Position numbers and translations under genes: made by a program. The notes below the pieces were generated by a model, which ran no database searches, was not told where the DNA came from, and worked only from the letters and a program-made list of their open reading frames with translations. From positions 1 to 41,154 of the forward strand of contig DASZFV010000330.1 in the NCBI GenBank assembly GCA_035939455.1: 41,154 bases of DNA, given 5' to 3'. The DNA comes from Polyangia bacterium (GTDB taxonomy: Bacteria > Myxococcota_A > Polyangia > Fen-1088). Position 1 is the first letter of the stretch. Each line of letters opens with the position of its first letter. Positions 1-8,828 of the stretch are shown here, piece after piece.

Positions 1-523
1 GCTTGGTGTTCGGCGCGAGGCCCATGGTGAGCGTGTCGCCGCTCAGCGACCAGGGGGACAAGAGATTTTCCATGAAAAAGACCGGCCGAATGATGGCGTG
101 CGACGGGAAGCCCAGCGCCTTGACGGTCTCCTCGATGCGAAACTTGTTGTCGAAGTGCGGGATGCCCGTCTTCTTGTGGGCCGAGCCCACGGAGGCATAG
201 ACGTAGCGCTGCACGCCCGCCTCGCGGGCGACCTTCGCGATGCGCTTGCCCTGCACCTCCTCCTTCTCGACGCCGGCCTCCCAGGTGTTCTGCACGGCGT
301 AAACGCCCCAGGCGCCCTCGAGCGCGCGCGAGAGCGAGGCGGCGTCGTCCAGGTCGCCGGCGACGACCTCGGCCCCGAGCGCCGCGACCGCCTTGGCGGC
401 GTCGCCATTGGGCTTGCGCGTGAGCGCCCGCAGCTTGAAGCCGCCGCGCTTCGAGAGGTGGCGCAGCGTCGCGCCGCCTTGATGGCCGGTCGCGCCCGTG
501 ATCAGAATCAGCTTGTCGGCCAT
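1..523 (-). CDS. NmrA-family NAD(P)-binding protein (N-terminal 174 codons; C-terminus lies beyond the window start)
   Basis: This ORF is absent from the track because it runs off the window. The reverse complement from the ATG (comp. 521-523) reads MADKLILITGATGHQGGATLRHLSKRGGFKLRALTRKPNGDAAK...IPHFDNKFRIEETVKALG... with no stop down to position 1. It shows a Rossmann GATGxQGG motif and the HFDxK motif typical of NmrA-like proteins. A GAGGAGGA Shine-Dalgarno sits at comp. 528-535. Confidence 0.8.
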   Translation of the reverse strand, partial: MADKLILITGATGHQGGATLRHLSKRGGFKLRALTRKPNGDAAKAVAALGAEVVAGDLDDAASLSRALEGAWGVYAVQNTWEAGVEKEEVQGKRIAKVAREAGVQRYVYASVGSAHKKTGIPHFDNKFRIEETVKALGFPSHAIIRPVFFMENLLSPWSLSGDTLTMGLAPNTK

Positions 524-652
524 GGCGTCCTCCTCGTGAGTGAGAGGGGCGCGAGGTTAGCAGGCGCGCCCCGCTTGTCGAGGTCCGCACGCGCGGGCTC
601 GAATGCCTCGGTCACCGTTGACTGAATGCGCTGACTCGGCCACCTTCTGAGC

Positions 653-994
653 GTGCGCACGACTCGGTACGCCCTGGCCCTGGCCTTCGTCACCCTCTTC
701 TCGGTCGGAGGATGCCACCGCGATCGGTGCGTCCCGATTTGCGAGCAGCGCGCCAAGGAACTCCACTGCATCCCGCGTGAGTGCAAGACAAAGTGCGCGG
801 AGCTGCACACGCCGCCCGCCTGCGGCAAAGAAATGAAGCGCTTCGAGTCGTGCTTCCTGGCCGAGCCGGCCAAAAACTGGATTTGCGACGAAGAGGGCCT
901 GCCGGTCGTGCGGCAGGAGGTCTGCGCCAAGGAGCGGCAGGCCGTCATCGCGTGCCTCCAGAGCGCGCCATCGAGACCGGTTCCACCTCACTAA
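653..994 (+). CDS. Cys-rich putative lipoprotein (hypothetical)
   Basis: Track ORF of 113 aa with a GTG start. The N-terminus MRTTRYALALAFVTLFSVGGC looks like a signal peptide with a lipobox. The mature part carries 11 further Cys. No family was recognised. Confidence 0.55.
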   Translation: MRTTRYALALAFVTLFSVGGCHRDRCVPICEQRAKELHCIPRECKTKCAELHTPPACGKEMKRFESCFLAEPAKNWICDEEGLPVVRQEVCAKERQAVIACLQSAPSRPVPPH

Positions 995-1003
995 GGGGGA
1001 GAG

Positions 1004-1024
1004 GGGAACCCGGCGCGGGCTCCC
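1004..1024 (+). terminator. GC-rich hairpin downstream of the lipoprotein gene (possible terminator, no U-tract)
   Basis: GGGAACCCG-gcg-CGGGCTCCC forms a 9-bp stem with one mismatch, starting 10 nt after the TAA at 992-994. No T-run follows. Confidence 0.25.
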
Positions 1025-1060
1025 GTCGACCAGGAACGTCACCTTGTTGACTCTCGGGAC

Positions 1061-1089
1061 TTTACCGCGCAGAAACAGGAGTCTATCCT
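1061..1089 (+). promoter_or_regulatory. Sigma70-like promoter candidate for the korC-like/korA/korB genes
   Basis: TTTACC (1061-1066), a 17-nt spacer, then TATCCT (1084-1089), in a locally AT-richer stretch about 70 nt upstream of the GTG at 1161. Pattern match only. Confidence 0.3.
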
Positions 1090-1160
1090 ACGCCGCCATA
1101 AAGCCGGCCCCAGCCGAACGCGCGTTTGCTTTTGCCCCCGGCCTAGCCCCAGGACGAGAA

Positions 1161-2972
1161 GTGAATCCCACAGACATCCACGACCCAAACTACTTCCATA
1201 AGGTAGTCGATTGTCAGTGGGCCTGCCCAGCCCACACCAACGTGCCGGAATACATTCGGCTCATCGCGCAGGGGCGGCACACCGACGCGTACCTGCTCAA
1301 CCGCGAGTCGAACGTGTTCCCAGGGATCCTCGGGCGCACGTGCGACCGGCCGTGCGAGCCCGCCTGCCGCCGCACGCGCGTCGACGGAAAGGCCGTGGCG
1401 ATCTGCCGCCTGAAGCGCGTCGCGGCCGACCTGCGCGACGACATCTCGGAGCGGCTGCCCAAGGCGCCCGCGATCAAGAACGGCAAGCGCGTCGCGTGCA
1501 TCGGCGCCGGGCCGGCGTCGCTCACGGTGGCGAACGACCTCATGCCGCTCGGCTACGAGGTCACGATCTTCGAGAAGCAGGGCAAGCCGGGCGGCCTCAT
1601 GCGCACCAACATCCCCTCGTTCCGCCTACCCGAGCACGTGCTCGCCGACGAGTGCGGCCAGATCCTCGATATGGGCGTCGACATCCGCTACAACACGCCC
1701 GTCGCGAGCATGAAGGCGCTGCTCGCCGAAGGGTACGACGCCGTGTTCGTGGGCACGGGCGCGCCGCGCGGCAAGGAGCTCGACATCCCGGGCCGCAAGG
1801 CGGCCTCGGCGAACGTTCACATCGGCATCGAGTGGCTCGAGTCGGTGGCCTTCGGGCACGTGACGTCGATCGAGAAGCGCGTGCTCATCATCGGCGTCGG
1901 CAACACCGCCATGGACTGCTGCCGGACCTCGAAGCGCCTCGGCGCGACGGACATCAAGGTCATGGCGCGCCGCCCGCGAAGGTTCTTCAAGGCCTCGCCC
2001 TGGGAGCTCGAGGACGCCGAGGAAGAACAGATCGAGATCGTCATCAATCACGCGCCGAAGCGCTTCGTCCTCGAGAGCGGGAAGCTCGTCGGCATGGAGT
2101 TCGAGCAGCTCGCGTGGTCGGAGGACGCCAAGGGCAAGGCGCTCTCGACGGTGACGGGCACGGTGACCATCCCGTGCGACACCGTCATCCTCGCCATCGG
2201 GCAGGAGAACGCCTTCCCGTTCATCGAGCGCGACGCCAAGTCGGCCGTGGGCATCGACTTCGACAGGTGGGACATTCCCGTCATCGACAAGACGACGTTC
2301 CAGTCGACGCGCCCGGGCGTCTTCTTCGGCGGCGACGCCGCCTTTGGCCCGCAGAACATCATCTGGGCCGTCAACCACGGCCACGAGGCGGCGATCTCGA
2401 TCCACAACCACTGCCAGGCCACGGCGCTCATGGAGCGGCCCAAGATGGGGATGAACCTCATCTCGCAGAAGATGGGCCTGCACGAGTGGAGCTACCACAA
2501 CGACTACAGCCCCGCGAAGCGCACGCCCATGAAGCACGTCGACCTCGTCGAGCGCTTCAAGAGCCTCAACAAGGAGGTCGAGCTCGGCTTCGACGCCGAG
2601 GCCACGGCGCGCGAGGTGCAGCGCTGCCTCAACTGCGACGTGCAGACGAAGTTCACCGACCACCAGTGCATCGAGTGCGACGCGTGCATCGACGTCTGCC
2701 CTGTGCTCTGCCTGACGATCGCGCCCAACGGCGAGGAGACCGACCTGCGCAAACGGCTCACCGTGCCCGCGCTCAACGCCGGCCAGAGCCTCTACGCGTC
2801 GGGGCCGCTGCCGCAGACGCGGCGGATCATGGTCAAGGACGAGGACCTCTGCGTGCACTGCGGCCTGTGCGCCGAGCGCTGCCCGACGGGCGCTTGGGAC
2901 ATGCAGAAGCTCGAGCTCACGATTCCCAAAGCCGGAAGCAACGCGTGGAACACCTCGACACAGCCAAAGTAG
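1161..2972 (+). CDS. GltD-like NAD(P)H-dependent FAD oxidoreductase with a C-terminal 2x[4Fe-4S] ferredoxin domain (KorC-like)
   Basis: Track ORF 1044..2972. I prefer the GTG at 1161, which has an AGGACGAG RBS at 1151-1158. The TTG at 1044 lies upstream of the promoter-like element. Motifs seen: CQWACPAHTNVPEYI and GRTCDRPCEPAC (GltD/DPD-type N-terminal Fe-S region); VACIGAGPASLTVANDL...GGL (dinucleotide fold); C-terminal CIECDACIDVCP and CVHCGLCAERCP (two ferredoxin-type clusters). Confidence 0.85.
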   Translation: MNPTDIHDPNYFHKVVDCQWACPAHTNVPEYIRLIAQGRHTDAYLLNRESNVFPGILGRTCDRPCEPACRRTRVDGKAVAICRLKRVAADLRDDISERLPKAPAIKNGKRVACIGAGPASLTVANDLMPLGYEVTIFEKQGKPGGLMRTNIPSFRLPEHVLADECGQILDMGVDIRYNTPVASMKALLAEGYDAVFVGTGAPRGKELDIPGRKAASANVHIGIEWLESVAFGHVTSIEKRVLIIGVGNTAMDCCRTSKRLGATDIKVMARRPRRFFKASPWELEDAEEEQIEIVINHAPKRFVLESGKLVGMEFEQLAWSEDAKGKALSTVTGTVTIPCDTVILAIGQENAFPFIERDAKSAVGIDFDRWDIPVIDKTTFQSTRPGVFFGGDAAFGPQNIIWAVNHGHEAAISIHNHCQATALMERPKMGMNLISQKMGLHEWSYHNDYSPAKRTPMKHVDLVERFKSLNKEVELGFDAEATAREVQRCLNCDVQTKFTDHQCIECDACIDVCPVLCLTIAPNGEETDLRKRLTVPALNAGQSLYASGPLPQTRRIMVKDEDLCVHCGLCAERCPTGAWDMQKLELTIPKAGSNAWNTSTQPK

Positions 2973-4786
2973 ATCGCGTCAACGACTTCGCCTTCAAGAT
3001 CGCCAACACGAACGGGACCGGATCGGCGAGCGCCAACGGTCTCATCATGCAGGCGATCTTCCGCATGGGCGTCCCCGTGTCGGGCAAGAACCTGTTCCCG
3101 TCGAACATCCAGGGTCTGCCGACCTGGTACGAGATCCGCGTCAACGGTGACGGGCACACGGCCCGCACGCCCGTGTACGACCTCATGGTCGCCATGAACG
3201 CGGAGACCTACGCGCGCGACATCAAGGAGTTGCGCCAGGGCGGTTATCTGCTGCACGACTCGACCTGGCCGCTCTCGGACGCCGTCCAGCGGCCGGATAT
3301 CCACCTGCTCGGCATCCCGCTCGCCAAGATGTGCCGCGAGAACTTCGAGAAGCCGCGCGAGCAGGTGCTCATGAAGAACATCATGTACGCGGGCGCGCTC
3401 GCGGCGCTGCTCGACATCGACATGAAGGTCATCGACGGCCTGCTCGAGGAGAAGTACGGCGCAAAAAAATCGATGATGGCCATGAACCACAAGGCCATCC
3501 AGCTCGGCTACCGACACGCCAAGCAACACTTCCAGTGCCCGCTGCCGTTCCACCTCAAGACGATGGACGGCAGCCACTCGACGCGCGACTCGATCCTCAT
3601 CGACGGCAACACGGCGCTCGCGCTCGGGTGCATGTTCGCGGGCGCGACCGTCGCGGCCTGGTACCCCATCACGCCGTCGACCTCGCTCATGGACGCCTTC
3701 CGCGGCTTCTGCGCGGCGCACCGGCGCGATCCCGAGACGGGCAAGAACAACTTCTGCATCCTGCAGGCCGAGGACGAGCTCGCGGCCATCGGCATGGTGC
3801 TGGGCGCGAACTGGAGCGGCGCGCGCGCCTTCACGTCGACCTCGGGCCCCGGCATCTCGCTCATGGGAGAGCTCATCGGACTGGCCTACTACGCCGAGAT
3901 CCCGGCCGTCATCGTCGACGTGCAGCGCACGGGCCCCTCGACGGGCATGCCGACGCGCACGCAGCAGGGCGACATCCTCACGTGCGCGTACGCCTCGCAC
4001 GGCGACACCAAGCACATCCTGCTCTTCCCGGCGAACCCCGAGGAGTGTTTTACGATGGCGCCCAAGGCCTTCGATCTCGCCGACCGCTTTCAGACGCCCG
4101 TCTTCGTGCTCTCGGACCTCGACATCGGCATGAACGACTGGATGTGCCCGCGCCTGAAGTGGGACGACACGTACCGGCCCGACAAGGGGCGCGTCCTCTC
4201 GTCCGCGGAGCTGTCGGCCATGGAGCGGTTCCAGCGCTACTCCGACTCGGACGCCGACGGCGTGACGTCGCGTACGCTGCCCGGCGTGCACCCCAAGGGC
4301 GCCTACTTTACGCGCGGCTCGGGCCACAACAAATTTGGCAAGTACACGGAGATCCCCGACGAGTATCAAGAGGTCGTCGATCGCCTGACCCACAAGCACA
4401 AGAGCGCCGCCAAGCACGTGCCGGCCCCGGACATCCGCACGATGCCGGGCGCGACCATCGGCATCGTCACCGTTGGCGGCTGCGACCAGGGCGTGCGCGA
4501 AGGCATAGAGCTGCTCGCGGAGCAGGGCATCAAGGCCAACTTCATGCGCGTGCGCGGTTTCCCGTTCGGCGGCAACGTCGAGGAGTTCCTGCGCGCCCAC
4601 GAGACCATCTACGTCGTCGAGCAGAACCGCGACGCGCAGCTCCGCACGCTGCTCGTCAACGAGACGGGCATCGACAAGGCGCGCCTGCGCTCCGTGCTCG
4701 CGTACGGCGGGTTCCCGCTGTCGGCCCACCACGTCGTCGACGGCGTCAAGCGTCAGCTCACGCAGCAGATGGGAGAGGCCCTATGA
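2945..4786 (+). CDS. korA: 2-oxoacid (2-oxoglutarate-type):ferredoxin oxidoreductase subunit alpha, with the gamma domain fused at the N-terminus
   Basis: This is the real part of the 1191-aa track ORF (1211..4786). The first plausible start in frame is the GTG at 2945, giving VEHLDTAKVDRVNDFAFKIANTNGTGSASANG.... That is a gamma-subunit-type N-terminus, followed by alpha-subunit sequence (AWYPITPSTS, GLAYYAEIPAVIVDVQRTGPSTGMPT). It overlaps the upstream gene by 28 nt. Confidence 0.85.
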   Translation: MEHLDTAKVDRVNDFAFKIANTNGTGSASANGLIMQAIFRMGVPVSGKNLFPSNIQGLPTWYEIRVNGDGHTARTPVYDLMVAMNAETYARDIKELRQGGYLLHDSTWPLSDAVQRPDIHLLGIPLAKMCRENFEKPREQVLMKNIMYAGALAALLDIDMKVIDGLLEEKYGAKKSMMAMNHKAIQLGYRHAKQHFQCPLPFHLKTMDGSHSTRDSILIDGNTALALGCMFAGATVAAWYPITPSTSLMDAFRGFCAAHRRDPETGKNNFCILQAEDELAAIGMVLGANWSGARAFTSTSGPGISLMGELIGLAYYAEIPAVIVDVQRTGPSTGMPTRTQQGDILTCAYASHGDTKHILLFPANPEECFTMAPKAFDLADRFQTPVFVLSDLDIGMNDWMCPRLKWDDTYRPDKGRVLSSAELSAMERFQRYSDSDADGVTSRTLPGVHPKGAYFTRGSGHNKFGKYTEIPDEYQEVVDRLTHKHKSAAKHVPAPDIRTMPGATIGIVTVGGCDQGVREGIELLAEQGIKANFMRVRGFPFGGNVEEFLRAHETIYVVEQNRDAQLRTLLVNETGIDKARLRSVLAYGGFPLSAHHVVDGVKRQLTQQMGEAL

Positions 4787-5838
4787 CCTTCATTCCGAAA
4801 CCGCGGGTCGTCCACCCCGGCCTCCCGAAGAACAAGCTCGGGCTCACGGTGCGCGACTACGAGGGCGCGATGTCCACGCTGTGCGCGGGCTGCGGGCACG
4901 ACTCCGTCACGGCTGGCATCATCCAGGCTTTTCACGAGCTCGACACGGAGCCGCACCGGGTGGTCAAGTTGTCCGGCATCGGCTGCTCGTCGAAGACGCC
5001 CACCTATTTCGTCAACGCCGCGCACGGCTTCAACAGCGCGCACGGCCGCATGCCGTCCATCGCGACGGGCGCCAACGCCGCCAACCGGGGCCTCACGTAC
5101 ATCGGCATCTCGGGCGACGGCGACTCGCTCTCGATCGGCCTCGGCCAGCTCTGCCACGCCATCCGCCGCAACCTCAACATGCTCTACGTCATCGAGAACA
5201 ACGGCGTCTACGGCCTCACGAAGGGGCAGTTCTCGGCGAGCGCCGACGTGGGCACGAAGAGCAAGAAGGGCGAGGCCAACGCCTACGGCCCCATCGATCC
5301 GGCGATCCTCGCGCTCAGCCTGGGCGCGACGTTCGTGGCGCGCAGCTTCTCGGGCGACAAGCAACAGCTCGTGCCGCTGCTCAAGGCCGGCCTGCGCCAC
5401 AAGGGCTTCGCGCTCATCGACGTCATCTCGCCGTGCGTGACCTTTAACGACCACGAGGGCTCGACGAAGAGTTACAAGTACACGCGCGACCGCAACGTCG
5501 AGATCTCGCACGCCGACTTCGTGCCGCTCGCCGCGGAGATCACGGCCGAGGTCCATCCCGGCGGCGCGACGGCCGTGACGATGCACGACGGCAGCACGGT
5601 GCGCTTCACGAAGGTCGCCGAGGGTTACGACCCACGCTCGCGCGACAAGGCCATGGCGTACCTCATGGACCACCAGAAGAGCGGCCAGGTGCCGACGGGC
5701 CTCCTCTTCGTCGACGAGACCGCCCCCGAGATGCACGAGATCGCGGGCACGATCGAGCAGCCGCTCAACCAGGTCCCGTTCGAGAAGCTGTGCCCCGGCA
5801 ACAAGGCGCTGGCCGACCTGCAAGAGGCTTTCAGGTGA
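4783..5838 (+). CDS. korB: 2-oxoacid:ferredoxin oxidoreductase subunit beta (TPP-binding)
   Basis: ATG at 4783 overlaps the korA stop (ATGA, 4783-4786). The protein MTFIPKPRVVHP...LCAGCGHDS...ISGDGDSLSIGLGQLCHAIRRNLNMLYVIENNGVYGLTKGQ shows the typical beta-subunit Cys and GDGD TPP/Mg motifs. The upstream part of track ORF 3331..5838 is out-of-frame read-through. Confidence 0.9.
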   Translation: MTFIPKPRVVHPGLPKNKLGLTVRDYEGAMSTLCAGCGHDSVTAGIIQAFHELDTEPHRVVKLSGIGCSSKTPTYFVNAAHGFNSAHGRMPSIATGANAANRGLTYIGISGDGDSLSIGLGQLCHAIRRNLNMLYVIENNGVYGLTKGQFSASADVGTKSKKGEANAYGPIDPAILALSLGATFVARSFSGDKQQLVPLLKAGLRHKGFALIDVISPCVTFNDHEGSTKSYKYTRDRNVEISHADFVPLAAEITAEVHPGGATAVTMHDGSTVRFTKVAEGYDPRSRDKAMAYLMDHQKSGQVPTGLLFVDETAPEMHEIAGTIEQPLNQVPFEKLCPGNKALADLQEAFR

Positions 5839-6019
5839 AGGCGGCGCGCTCACATGACCGGCGATGAGCTGCGCGCGCGCCAGGCGCCGCTGAAGACGTG
5901 ACGTCGAGGGCCGCTCGGCGCTGAGCCGAGTCCTGTCGATCGGAGGCCTACCGACGGTCAAGGGTCCGCCATTCGACCAGTTCGCACAGGGCACCCGGCC
6001 ATGTAGGCTACGCGCCGGC

Positions 6020-7747
6020 ATGATCGACCCCCTCGTCCCTCTCCGTGACCGCCTGCGGACAGCCACGCGCCTCGCTCTCGGCGACGCCGCCGACGCCGAT
6101 CCGGCGCTCCACCGCTCGCAGCACGCCGACTACCAGGCCGACCTCGCGCTCGCGCTCGGGCGCAAGCTCAAGAAGAACCCACGCGAGGTCGCGGCGGCCA
6201 TCGCCGCCAACCTCGCGGCCGACGACGTCATCGCCGGCGTCGAGGTCTCGGGGCCGGGATTTCTCAACCTCACGCTGCGGACCGACTACCTGGCGGCGCT
6301 CCTCGGCCGCATGCGCGCCGACGCGCGTCTCGGCGTGGCGCGCGCCGCCACGCCGGAGACTGTCGTCATCGATTACTCGGGCCCCAACGTCGCCAAGGAG
6401 ATGCACGTCGGCCACCTGCGCAGCACGATCATCGGCGACTCGATCGCGCGCCTGCTCGAATGGCAGGGCCACAAAGTCATTCGGCGCAACCACGTCGGCG
6501 ACTGGGGTACGCCGTTCGGCATGCTCATCGAGCACCTGCTCGACGAGAGCGCCGGAACCCAGGCGGGCGTGCGCGAGCTCGGCGCGTTCTACCGCGCGGC
6601 GCGCACGAAGTTCGACGGCGATGCCGCCTTCGCCGACCGCGCCCGCCGCCGCGTCGTGCTGCTACAGTCGGGCGACGCCGAGACGCTCGGGTACTGGCAG
6701 CGGCTCATCGATGTCTCCGTCGAGCACTTCTCGCGCCTGTACGCCGCGCTGGGCGTGACGCTGCGGCCCGAGGACGTCGTGGGCGAGAGCCGTTACAACG
6801 CCGCGCTGCCCGAGGTCGTCGAGGAGCTCACGCGCAAGGGTCTCGCCGTCGAGAGCGAAGGCGCCATCTGCGTCTTCCCGCCGGGCTTCACGGGTCGCGA
6901 GGGCGAGCCCGTGCCGCTCATCATCCGCAAGCAAGAGGGCGGCTACGGCTACGCGACGACGGATCTCGCGGCGCTGCGCCAGCGCGTGCGCGAGCTCGGC
7001 GCGAGGCGCCTCCTCTACGTCGTGGGGGCGCCGCAGCAGCAGCACCTCGCCATGGTGTTCGCCGTGGCGCGCCTCGCGGGCTGGGCCGACGACAGCGTCC
7101 GCCTCGAGCACGTCGCCTTCGGCTCCGTCCTGGGGCCCGACAAGAAGATGCTCAAGACGCGCGCGGGCGAGTCCGTGAGCCTCGCCACGCTCGTCGAGGA
7201 GGCCGTGGCGCGCGCCGCCAAGGTCGTGGGCGAAAAGTCTCCCGATCTCCCCGTCGCCGAGCAAGCGCGCATCGCCAGCGCCGTGGGCGTGGGCGCCGTG
7301 AAGTACGCCGATCTCTCGAGCGATCGCATCAAGGACTACGTCTTCGACTGGAACCGCATGCTGTCCTTCGAGGGCAACACGGCTCCTTACCTCATGTACG
7401 CGCACGCCCGCATCCGGTCGATCCTGCGCAAGGCGCACGAGGCCGACGACGAAAGGGCCACGCCCGGCGCCTTCGCGCTCGCAGCCCCGCAGGAGCGCGC
7501 GCTCGCGCTCGCGCTCGTCCAGCTCGAGGGGACCCTCGAGCGCGCCGCCGAAGGCTGCCACCCGAATCGCACCTGCGCCTTCCTCTACGACGTCGCGAGC
7601 GCCTTCACGTCGTTCTACGAGGCGTGCCCCGTGCTCAAGGCCGACGGACCGACGCGCGCCTCGCGTCTCGCGCTGTGCGCGGTGTCCGCCCGCACGCTCG
7701 CGCTCGGCCTCGACCTCCTCGGGATCAGCGCGCCGGATCAGATGTAG
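6020..7747 (+). CDS. argS: Arginine--tRNA ligase
   Basis: 575 aa. It has the class I HIGH-type motif (NVAKEMHVGHLRSTIIGD), the GDWGTPFGMLIEHL motif and a DALR-type C-terminal anticodon-binding region ending in ...APDQM. Confidence 0.95.
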   Translation: MIDPLVPLRDRLRTATRLALGDAADADPALHRSQHADYQADLALALGRKLKKNPREVAAAIAANLAADDVIAGVEVSGPGFLNLTLRTDYLAALLGRMRADARLGVARAATPETVVIDYSGPNVAKEMHVGHLRSTIIGDSIARLLEWQGHKVIRRNHVGDWGTPFGMLIEHLLDESAGTQAGVRELGAFYRAARTKFDGDAAFADRARRRVVLLQSGDAETLGYWQRLIDVSVEHFSRLYAALGVTLRPEDVVGESRYNAALPEVVEELTRKGLAVESEGAICVFPPGFTGREGEPVPLIIRKQEGGYGYATTDLAALRQRVRELGARRLLYVVGAPQQQHLAMVFAVARLAGWADDSVRLEHVAFGSVLGPDKKMLKTRAGESVSLATLVEEAVARAAKVVGEKSPDLPVAEQARIASAVGVGAVKYADLSSDRIKDYVFDWNRMLSFEGNTAPYLMYAHARIRSILRKAHEADDERATPGAFALAAPQERALALALVQLEGTLERAAEGCHPNRTCAFLYDVASAFTSFYEACPVLKADGPTRASRLALCAVSARTLALGLDLLGISAPDQM

Positions 7748-7756
7748 CGATCACGT

Positions 7757-8782
7757 TCATGCGGAGGCGTCCGCGCGCACGGCGGCTTGCCAGGCGTCGA
7801 GCAGCTTCATGTTGCCGAGGGTGTCAGCGGGCGTCATGGCGGGCCACGGCGCCTCGAGGGCGGGCAGCGCGTCGGCGACGAGCTCGGCTTCGAGCGCGTA
7901 GGAGTCGAGCTCCGTCTCGAACGCGACGAGCTCGGGCTCGTGGCCGTCGCGGTGGATCGTGAAGCCCGTCTTGTGGCCGTGCCGGCGGCTCTCGGGCGCC
8001 CAAGGATCGGGCATCTCGATGCAGCCCGCCTCGCCGAGGATCATCGCGCTCCGCCCCGTCGCGTGGTGGATGGCGGTCCCGATGGTCGCCGTGACGCCCG
8101 AGGCGAACGTCAGCAACGCCGATGCCAGCTCGTCGGCGCCCGTGGGACCGATGTGCCCGGTGGCGTCGAGCTTCGTGGGCTCGGCGAAAGGGAGACCCGC
8201 GGCAATACCGGCCACGAGCCGCGCGAACGACGCCGGGTAGCAGCCAACGTCGAGGATGGCGCCGCCACCGAGCGCGAGGTTGTAGAGGCGGCCCGCCGAA
8301 TCGCGCGCCTTGCGGAAGCCGAACTCCGCGCGCACGTGCAGGATGGGCCCGATGACGCCGTCTTGGAGCCGCGCGACGAGCGCGCGCACGAGCGGGTGGC
8401 AGCGATACATGAAGGCCTCCATGAGGAAGACGCCGCGGGCGCGCGCGGCCTCGATGACGCGCGCGGCCCCGGCGGCGTTCATCGTGAGCGGCTTCTCGCA
8501 CAGCACGGGCTTGCCGGCGGCGATCGCCGCGAGCGCGTGCGCTTCGTGGGCCGGATGCGGCGTCGCGACGTAGACGACGTCGACGCCCGGGTCGGCGATG
8601 AGCTCGTCGACGGACGCCGCGGCGCGCGGCAGGCTCCAGCGTTCCGAGAAGGCGCGCGCCTTCTCGGGCGACGAGCCGGCCGCGTTCACGAGACGGCAGC
8701 GCGTGGACGTCTGCAGCGCCAAGGCCAGATCGGCCGCGATCTGTCCGGTTCCGATCGCGCCCCATTGCAGCTTGTCTCTCAT
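7757..8782 (-). CDS. Gfo/Idh/MocA family oxidoreductase
   Basis: Track ORF 7757..8839. I prefer the ATG at comp. 8780-8782, which is preceded by GGGAGGAGA. The protein MRDKLQWGAIGTGQIAADL...VVYVATPHPAHEAHALAAIAAGKPVLCEKPL shows an N-terminal Rossmann fold and the EKP motif. Confidence 0.85.
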   Translation of the reverse strand: MRDKLQWGAIGTGQIAADLALALQTSTRCRLVNAAGSSPEKARAFSERWSLPRAAASVDELIADPGVDVVYVATPHPAHEAHALAAIAAGKPVLCEKPLTMNAAGAARVIEAARARGVFLMEAFMYRCHPLVRALVARLQDGVIGPILHVRAEFGFRKARDSAGRLYNLALGGGAILDVGCYPASFARLVAGIAAGLPFAEPTKLDATGHIGPTGADELASALLTFASGVTATIGTAIHHATGRSAMILGEAGCIEMPDPWAPESRRHGHKTGFTIHRDGHEPELVAFETELDSYALEAELVADALPALEAPWPAMTPADTLGNMKLLDAWQAAVRADASA

Positions 8783-8828
8783 GCGACTCGTCTCCTCCCG
8801 TGGTCTTGCTAAGCTGTGTTTGCTCGTC

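Noticed and set aside
1211-4786. A 1191-aa track ORF, apparently one giant protein spanning the GltD-like and korA regions.
   Set aside because: Only the part from GTG 2945 onward has recognisable protein sequence (the OFOR gamma/alpha domains). The upstream 1700 nt is an alternate frame of the GltD-like gene, translating to Arg/Ala/Pro/Gly-rich low-complexity sequence typical of off-frame reading in high-GC DNA. Track ORFs 3331..5838, 35660..36313, 36142..37026 and 36936..38342 have the same kind of false N-terminal extension.
5914-5930. Hairpin CTCGGC-gctga-GCCGAG downstream of korB, considered as a possible terminator.
   Set aside because: It has only a 6-bp stem and no U-tract, and it lies about 75 nt from the stop. 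It cannot be distinguished from chance palindromes in GC-rich DNA.
8780-8783. A CATG that could serve as the start codon for both divergent genes (minus ATG of the Gfo/Idh/MocA gene and plus ATG at 8781 for the PhyH-family gene).
   Set aside because: A plus-strand start at 8781 would leave no promoter or RBS. It would also add an atypical N-terminus (MRLVSSRGLAKLCLLVV). The conserved PhyH N-terminus begins near GTG 8829, so the dual start is probably coincidental.
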